A stretch of DNA of 64,000 nucleotides from an uncultured Bifidobacteriaceae bacterium (lineage in GTDB: Bacteria; Verrucomicrobiota; Verrucomicrobiia; Limisphaerales; UBA11358), in the NCBI GenBank assembly GCA_964444085.1, contig CAYUGC010000001.1, forward strand, positions 9,857-73,856. The letters are read 5' to 3'. The translations under genes and the position numbers were made by a program. The notes under the pieces were generated by a model, which had not been told where the DNA came from, searched no databases, and saw only the letters and a list, made by a program, of their open reading frames with translations. Below, one piece after another: positions 36,957 through 45,800 of the stretch; position 1 is the stretch's first letter; each line of letters opens with the position of its first letter.

Positions 36957-37613
36957 TTAAGAAACCTTGTCTTTGCGGAGGATGCGAACCGTGCTCACGC
37001 CAAACGGCAGGAGCAGCAGCACGCCGGCCACCACGGTGCTCGGTTCCGGCACCATGCCCAAAAGCGGCTGGGCATAGCCACGATTGGCATCGGTCAGGGT
37101 CAGGGCAAACACGCCGTAAGCGCCGCCGGAGGCGTTGGTGGAGTTGCCTGCGCCAAGGGCAGTTTGGGCGTCAACCACGAAGGCATTGGCCACGCCGCCG
37201 GGGCTGCCCTGAAAATACCAGATGGCCTGCTGGAGCTGGTTCGCCGAATTCGGGTCGCCATAGACATAACCGTAGCTGGCCAGATCGCCGGAGCCAAATT
37301 CGCTGTAGAGCCAAGCCGTGCCGAGAGTGACATTGGCCGGGCCGCCGCTGTTGGCCGGCGTCACCGTGTCAGAGGAGACGTAATTATAGGTCGTGCCGTT
37401 CCACGCATAGACCGTCGAGTTCAGGCAGAACGAAGTGAACGTGCCGAGACCCGATGAATTGACATTGATGGCATCGCCATAGGCACCGCCAATCGTTAGC
37501 GTGCCGGAATAGGTTCCGTTGTAGGAAATGGTGGCAAACGCACTCGTGGTGGCCAGCAGGCTGGCCGCACCAACGATGGCGCACAACTGTTTTACGATTT
37601 TGGGAGTTTTCAT
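36957..37613 (-). CDS. PEP-CTERM sorting-domain protein (predicted exosortase substrate)
   Basis: Signal peptide MKTPKIVKQLCAIVGAASLLATTSAFA. C-terminal VPEPSTVVAGVLLLLPFGVSTVRILRK, i.e. PEP motif + TM + basic tail. Confidence 0.85.
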   Translation of the reverse strand: MKTPKIVKQLCAIVGAASLLATTSAFATISYNGTYSGTLTIGGAYGDAINVNSSGLGTFTSFCLNSTVYAWNGTTYNYVSSDTVTPANSGGPANVTLGTAWLYSEFGSGDLASYGYVYGDPNSANQLQQAIWYFQGSPGGVANAFVVDAQTALGAGNSTNASGGAYGVFALTLTDANRGYAQPLLGMVPEPSTVVAGVLLLLPFGVSTVRILRKDKVS

Positions 37614-38020
37614 TTTGTTTTGGTTGTCCGCATTCTTGTTTTGGCTCGCCGTTCAAGCCACAACCGCCCGGCGGACATTTGGTTTTTGTTTGTTCAGTTA
37701 GCTCTTCAGTCGAATCTTAAACTTTCAACTGCGCTCATTTCATCAGTTAGCGGAAGTTTTCTCTATCACATAATGGGACATCAATACCTATTTTTGGGAC
37801 ACGGCGGATTTGGCGTCTGCAAGTTGTTTACCTCGGTTCGCCAGCGCCCTCTCCGCACCAGTCCACGGAAGCGACCGAAACGTTTCAGGAGCCGCCCGTA
37901 AATAATCGTAGCATCTCCACAAACCGTCGGATATTCTCGGCTGGATTTCAACTAACACGCGGCAGTGGATGTGTTTAACGGTTCAATGGATGTTTGCCCA
38001 TCGCCGGATTTGAATAAGAA

Positions 38021-39880
38021 ATGCACGAACCATTAAAAAATGGCAGCGTCCCGCTTTTGGCCAGCCAGCCGGCTTCCGCCAACGCTTTTCCGCCGGGAAA
38101 GTGCCTCCATGAATGGTTCGAGGTTCAGTCGGCCTGCACTCCCGACGCGACCGCGCTGACTTTTGAGCAACAGCATCTCACTTACCGCCAACTCAACGAA
38201 CGCGCCAACCAGCTCGCCCATCACCTGCGCCAGCTCGGCGTAAAACCAGAAACGCTCGTCGGCCTCTTCGTCGAACGCTCGCTGGATTTGCTCGTCGGCC
38301 TGCTCGGTATCCTCAAGGCCGGCGGCGCCTACGTGCCGATGGATCCGCAATACCCGCAGGCGCGGCTCGCGTTCATGATGCAGGACGCCGGCGCGGCGGT
38401 CATCGTCACCCAAGAAAATCTGGCGGCGCAGCATCCGATGCCGAATGCAAAATTGGTCTGCCTCGACACCGACTGGCCGACGATTGCCAGCGAGCCAAAA
38501 ACCAATCCGGCCAATTTCACCAAGCCGGAAAACCTAGCGTATGTCATTTACACGTCCGGCTCCACCGGCACGCCCAAAGGCTCGTTGATTTCGCACCACA
38601 ACGTCGTGCGGCTGTTTCAGGCCACGGAAAATTGGTTTCACTTCAATCAAGGCGATGTCTGGACGCTGTTTCATTCCAGCGCGTTTGATTTTTCCGTCTG
38701 GGAAATCTGGGGTGCGCTGCTTTACGGCGGCCGGCTGGTGGTCGTGCCGTTTCACACCAGCCGCTCGCCAGAAATTTTTCGTCGGCTTTTATGCGACGAA
38801 AAAGTGACGGTACTCAACCAGACGCCGTCGGCCTTCCGCCAGTTACTGCACGCCGATGAACTCGCGCCGGCCGGCGAAAAACTTTCCCTTCGTTATGTTA
38901 TCTTCGGTGGCGAGGCGCTGGATTTCAAAAGCCTGAAACCGTGGTTCAACCGCCACGGCGACGAGCAGCCGCAACTCGTGAACATGTATGGCATCACCGA
39001 AACCACGGTGCACGTCACCTATCGCCCCATCCGCGCGGCGGACACGGACAGCAGCAGCGTCATCGGCGTGCCGATTCCCGACCTGCAAATTTATCTGCTC
39101 GATGAAAATCGCCAGCCCGTGCCCGACGGCACGCCGGGCGAAATTTGCGTCGGCGGCACCGGTGTCGGGCGCGGTTATTTCAACCGGCCGGACCTCACGG
39201 CAAAAAAATTTATTTCAGATCCCTTTTCAGCAAATTCGGACAACCTGCTTTATTGTTCCGGCGATTTGGGTCGCTATCTTCCGAACGGCGATTTGGAATA
39301 TCTCGGACGCATTGACCAGCAGGTGAAGGTGCGGGGCTTTCGGATTGAACTGGGGGAGATTGAGACGGTGTTGAGCCAGCATCCAAGCCTGCGCGATAGC
39401 GTGGTCATCGCCCGGGATGACCAGCTTGGCGAGAAACAACTGGTGGCTTACGTCGTGCCCAAGGACAAGGCCCCGACGGTGATGGAATTGCGCGCGCACC
39501 TGATGCAGCGGTTGCCCGACTACATGGTGCCCGCCGCGTTCGTCACGCTGGATGTGTTGCCTCTAACAGAGCACGGCAAGTTGAACCGGCAGGCATTGAT
39601 TCAACAAGAAGAGGCGGTTGCATTAGCCACGGGTGTGACGTATCAGGCACCGCGCACGGAGTTGGAGTGGAAGCTGGTGGAAATTTGGCAAGGTGCGTTG
39701 CAGCGGGAAGGCATTGGCATCCGCGACGACTTCTTCGCACTTGGCGGACATTCCCTGCTGGTTTTCACCGTGATATCGCGGATCGCTGGAACGCTTAAAT
39801 TACAGTTGCCGGTCAGCATGCTATTCGAACACCGGACCATCGAGACGCTGGCCCGGCAAATCGAAGCCGACCGTTCAACC
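38021..39880 (+). other. NRPS module 1 (A-T); hand-read specificity code DFWNIGMVHK (Thr)
   Basis: Code residues read from FDFSVW, LNQTPS, VIFGGE, NMYGITETTVH and K520, by alignment to GrsA-PheA positions 235-517. No condensation domain precedes it. Boundaries approximate. Confidence 0.7.
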
Positions 39881-42800
39881 TTGGATAAAGCCCCGCCCCT
39901 GCCGCGAGCGGACCGGACGCAGCCGCTGCCCATGTCGGTGGGACAACAGCAACTGTGGTTGGTGCAACAAACCTTGCCGGATCCCGCCACCTACAACGAG
40001 CCAGTGGTCTATCATCTGCTTGGGTCGGTGGCGGTCGCTTGTCTCAAAAAATCTTTGGAAGCGATTTGGGAACGCCATGAAGTCCTGCGCACCGCCTTGG
40101 TTCAAGAAGGCGAATCCTTGGTGCAAAAAATCTTCCCGGCTAAAATGCTGGACCTGCCGTGGGAGGAGCTGGATCTGCGCGCAGTGCCGGCCAGCGAACG
40201 GCAGGTGGCAATGGAGCGGCACCTGATGGAAGTGAGCCGCCGGCCCTTTGATCTGGCGCAAGCGCCGTTATGGCGGGTGTTGTGGATGACGCTGGCGAAC
40301 CATGAGCATCAACTGGCTGTCATTTTCCATCACGCCATTGTTGACGAGTGGTCTGAACGTTTGTTTTTCGACGAGTGGCGCCGCTTGTATGCGGCGGAGG
40401 CGGACCCCGCGAAAGCGGGGCTGGCGGAGTTGCCGGTGCAATACGCCGATTATGCCGCATGGCAACGCTCACGGTTGACCGATGAATTTCTCCGGCGCGA
40501 ACGGGCTTACTGGTTGCAGCAACTCCAAAACATGCCGCCGCCGCTGAAATTGCCCGGCGACCAGTCGGCAGGCGGACGACGCAGCGGCCGGGGCGGAACC
40601 TATCGCTTTGAACTGTCTGGCCCCGTGGCTGAAAATCTGCGGAGCTGGGCGCAACAAGAGGGTGTGACCAACTTTGCCTGGATGCTGGCGGCGTTCCAGG
40701 CCTGGCTATATCGCTTTACGGGACAGGCGGACTTGGTGGTGGGATCGCCGGTGACTAACCGGGAGCAGCCCGAAACACAAAGTCTGTTCGGCTATTTTCT
40801 GAACACGCTGCCGCTGCGAATCCGGGTTGAAAAACAGGAGAGCCTTCGGGCATTTGCGCGCCGGGTCGGAAAAATGGTGCAGGCGGGGCTGGAGCACAAG
40901 GCCCTGCCCTTTGAGCAGATGGTGGCGATGGTGGCCCCGGAACCAGCCGGCGTTCGCGGGCCGATCTATCAAGTGATGTTCGTGCTGCTGGAACAAGGGC
41001 TGCCGCCGTGGAAACCGGCAGGAATCGAAGCCCGCCAGATTGACGCCGACACGCGCACGAGCAAGAACGACCTGACTTTGTTTGTTGAGGCGGAAGGGGC
41101 GGTTTGGAAATGTGCTTTGGAATATGCCGCCGAAGTGTTCACCGAGGAAGCGGCGGCCCGCACGGCAATTTACTTGCAGGAGTGGTTTGCTTCGCTCGCT
41201 GCCAATCCGGATGGAATGATCGAATGCCTGAACCTGTTGCCGGCGGCGGAACGACGCAAAATCCAAATGGAGTGGAATGCAACGGCGAGGGGGTATCCGC
41301 CGGACAAATGTGTGCATGAATTGTTTGAGGAACAGGTCGAGCGGACGCCGGAAGCGATCGCGCTGGAGTTCGAAGGACAGTCATTGACGTATCGGGAACT
41401 TAACCAGCACGCCAATCAACTGTCCCGGCATCTGAAAAAACTGGGCGTGGGTCCCGAGACGCTGGTGGGACTGTGCGTGGAACGCTCACCGGCGATGGTC
41501 GTAGGCTTGTTGGGCATTCTCAAGGCGGGCGGCGCGTATGTGCCGTTGGATCCAGATTATCCGAAAGCGCGGCTGGATTGGTTGCTGAAAAACGCGGCCA
41601 TAAAATGGTTGATAACCCAAACTCATCTCGCCAGCCGCTTCTCGCCGGCACAAAATCAAAACCTGATTTGCTTGGACCAGGCATCGTTCAATGAACCTAA
41701 AGACAATCTGAAGGTTCATGGCTCACCCAAAAACCTGGCCTACGTCCTCTTCACTTCCGGTTCCACGGGGTTGCCTAAGGGGGTTGCCATGGAACACGGT
41801 TCACTCGTCAACCTGCTGTGCTGGCAGGTGCAGCAAGCGCCCGCCCCGCAACGCACCCTCCAGTTCGCGTCAGTGTGTTTTGACGTGTCCTTTCAAGAAA
41901 TATTCTCGACTTTGATCAACGGCGGAACCTTGGTTTTGGTCAACCCGGCGGTGCGGTCAAATCCGGCGGAACTCTTTGAATTCATCCAAGCCCGGCGGCT
42001 GGAACGGCTTTTTTTACCGGTCGTCATGTTGCAGGAACTTGCGGAAGCCGCCCAGCAATCTTCCGGTGCCGCCGTCAACTTGAGGGACGTCATCACGGCC
42101 GGAGAACAACTGCGGATCACCCCGTCAATCCGCCGCTTTTTCGCGCGACACACAGCTTGTTTTTTGCACAATCACTACGGCCCGACCGAGTCCCATGTGG
42201 TGACCGCCCTGCCGCTGCCGAAAAATCCCAGTGATTGGCCCGAACTACCAGCGATTGGACGGCCGATTTTCAACACTACAATATATCTGCTGGACACCGA
42301 ACTTCAACCCGTGCCCATCGGGTTGGCCGGCGAGTTGTATATTGGCGGTGCCGGAGTGGCGCGAGGCTATCTGAATCGGCCAGACCTGACGGCGGAACGG
42401 TTCATCCCCGACCCCTTTTCGGCGAAGCCGGAAGCAAGGCTATACAAGACCGGGGATTTATGTCGTTACTTGCCTGACGGCAACATTGAATTTTTGGGGC
42501 GGATTGACCAACAGGTAAAAATCCGCGGGTTCCGCGTCGAACTGGGCGAAATCGAAGCGGTGCTGGGAACGCATCCGCAAGTGGCTGGTTGCGCGGTGGT
42601 GGCGCAGCAAAATGGCGGGGGAATTTTTTTGACTGCCTATGTGGTGACGCGCGCGGTCGCGCCGTTGACCGGGCCGGTATTGCGGGAGTGGTTGAGGGAA
42701 AAATTGCCGGATTACATGGTGCCGGCCCGGTTTGCAACCCTGCCCGCCCTGCCGCTCACGCCCAACGGAAAGCTTGACCGACAGGCATTGGGTCGGCTGG

Positions 42801-45800
42801 AGAACACAGTGGAACTGGCCGCCAGCGAAACGTATCAAGCCCCGCGCACGGAGTTGGAACGAAAACTGGTCGAAATTTGGCAAGGCCTATTGGGACGGGA
42901 AAGCATCGGCATTCACGACAACTTCTTCGCCCTCGGCGGCCATTCCCTGCTCGCCGTCAGATTGGTGTTCCGCATCCAGGAAGCCTTTGGCGTGAGCCTG
43001 CCGGTAAAGTTGGTATCCGAATGTCCCACCATCGCGGAGTTGAGTGAAGCGCTGGCGCGGCAGTCGCCAGTCAAAACCATTTCCATACCGCGTCGGCCAC
43101 GGAAAGTGGTGGGCGAACCGGCGCGTTATCCGGCGTCGTTCAGCCAGGAGCAGTTGTGGTTCATTGACCAATTGGAACCCGACAGCGCAGTCTATAACGT
43201 GCCGCTGGCGCTGCGTTTGCGCGGCGGGCTGGATCAGACGCGGCTGACGCAAAGTTTGAACCGGGTGATCGCGCGGCACGAGGCGCTGCGCACCATTTTC
43301 GCGGCGGAACAGGGCGTGCCGGTGCAAGTTGTCCGGCCCGAACTGAAGCTGCCTTTGGCGGTGACGGATTTGAGCGGCCAGCCCGACCCGGAGGTGGAGG
43401 CGCAACGGCTGATGTTACAGTCGGCGGGCAAGCCGTTTGACCTTCAGCGCGGGCCGCTAGTGCGGGCGGAGCTCTTCACGCTGGAGGCGGAAGACCAGAT
43501 ACTGTTGTTGACCATTCACCACATTGTGTTCGACGGGTGGTCCATTGACGTGCTGCTCAAAGATCTCGCCGCAGGTTATGCGGGCGAAAAACTTTTGCCG
43601 GCCTCGTTGCAGTATGGCGACTTCGCGGCCTGGCAGCGGGCGCACCTCACAACTCAAAAAGTGGAGCAACATCTGGCCTACTGGCGGGAACACCTGGCGG
43701 GCGTGCCGACCGTCCTCGAACTCCCCACCGACCAGCCCCGCAGCGGCGGTAGCCAGCGCGGTGCCCAACACTATTTCACCCTCCCGCTCGAGCTGACGGC
43801 CCAGCTCCGCGCCCTTGCCCAACAACATAACACCACTCTCTTCACCACCCTGTTGGCGGCGTTTCAGACGTTGCTGCACCGGTTTTCGGGGCAGCAATCC
43901 ATTCTGGTGGGTTCACCGATTTCAGGCCGTTTGCTGAACGAGAGCGAAAATTCCATCGGCTTCTTCGTGAACATGCTGCCGTTGAAGGCGGATTTTTCCG
44001 GCAACCCGGCTTTTTCAAATTTGCTGCAACAGGTTCATCAGAACGTTTGGGCGGCGCAAAGTCATCAGGAATTGCCGTTCGAAAGACTGGTTGCCGAGCT
44101 GCAGCCGCAGCGCGATCCGAACCGAAACCCGCTTTTCCAAGCCGCTTTCATCTTCGAAGTCGCGACGCCGCTGCTACCACAGATTCCCGGCCTGAAACTG
44201 GAGCTGGAACAAGTCCGGACGCCCACGGTCAAATTTGATCTGACGTTGACCCTGGCGGAAAAAGGCGGCGGCCTGCAATGTCTTTGGGAATATGCCGCCG
44301 GAACTTTTGGGACGGAAACCATTTCGCGCTGGTCGAAGTATTTTGAAACACTGCTGGTCTCGCTGGTCACAAATCCTGATTGCTTGATAAACGATTTGGA
44401 TTTGCTGCCTGCGGGCGAGCGTTCGCTTCTGCTCGGCGAGTGGAGTGCGACCGCCGGCGAGTATGCGCGCGGTGCGAGCGTGGCGGGGTTGTTTGTGGAG
44501 CAGGTGAAATTGCGGCCCAGTGCGGTGGCTTTAAGCTGGAGCGGCGGGCAGTTGAGCTACGGTGAACTCAATGAACGCGCCAACCAACTGGCGCATCATC
44601 TGCGTTCTCTGGGCGTGGGTCTGGAGACGCCCGTGGGTGTGTTGCTATCGCGCTCGGTGGACTATGTCGTCAGCGTGCTCGCCATCTTGAAGGCTGGTGG
44701 CGCGTATGTCCCGCTGGATTTGGAATATCCGGTGGAACGCCTGAAGTTCATGCTTGCCGACAGCGGCTGCAAGGTGGTTATTACCGCCCAGGATTTCAAA
44801 CTGTCCGGGGCGACGGAGTTGAACCTGGCTACGGCCGCGCCTTCCATCGCCGGTTGTCCGAAGGCCAATCTTGACTTGGTCAGCACGGCGGAATCGCTGG
44901 CCTATGTCATCTACACCTCCGGCTCCACCGGCCAGCCCAAGGGCGTCGCCATCCCCCAGCGCGGCGTGGTCCGTTTGGTGCGCGGCCAGACCTACGCTAG
45001 CTTTGATTCCTCCCAGCGCTTCCTGCTCTTGGCCGCCACCGCCTTTGACGCCAGCACCTTCGAGCTGTGGGCACCCCTGCTCAACGGTGGCGTCTGCGTC
45101 CTCTATCCCGAAGCGCTTGCCGATTACGCCCATCTGGAACAAGTGATCCGCGAACAGAACGTCACCTGTCTCTGGCTCACCGCCGGTTTGTTCAACCAGA
45201 TCATGGATGTTCGTCCTTCCGTCTTACAGACGATCAAACAGGTGCTGGCCGGCGGCGAGACCTTGTCCGTGGCCCATGTGCGCAAGGCGTTGAAACTCCT
45301 CCCGCACCTGCGCCTGACCAACGGCTACGGCCCCACCGAGTCCACCACCTTCGCCTGCACCTACGACCTTCCGCCGCACTTCACCGGCGCTTCGGTGCCC
45401 ATCGGCCGGCCCCTCGCCAACACCCAGTGCTATGTGCTCGATGCGCAGTTGCAGCCGGTGCCCGTCGGCGTGCCGGGCGAGCTTTACCTCGGCGGCGACG
45501 GCCTGGCGCGCGGCTACCTCAACCGGCCGGAGCTGACGGCGGAGAAATTTATCCCGAATCCATTCGACGCGAAAAACGCCACGCGCCTCTACCGGACGGG
45601 CGACCGGGTGCGCTGGCGGGCGGGCGGGAACCTCGAATTTTTGGGCCGCCTGGACAATCAGGTCAAGCTGCGCGGTTTCCGCATTGAACTGGGGGAGATC
45701 GAGTCGGTGTTGAACGGTCAGGCTGGCGTCCGCGCAAGCGTGGTGGTGGCGCGGGACAACCAGCTCGGCGAAAAACAGCTCGTCGCCTATGTCGTGCCCA

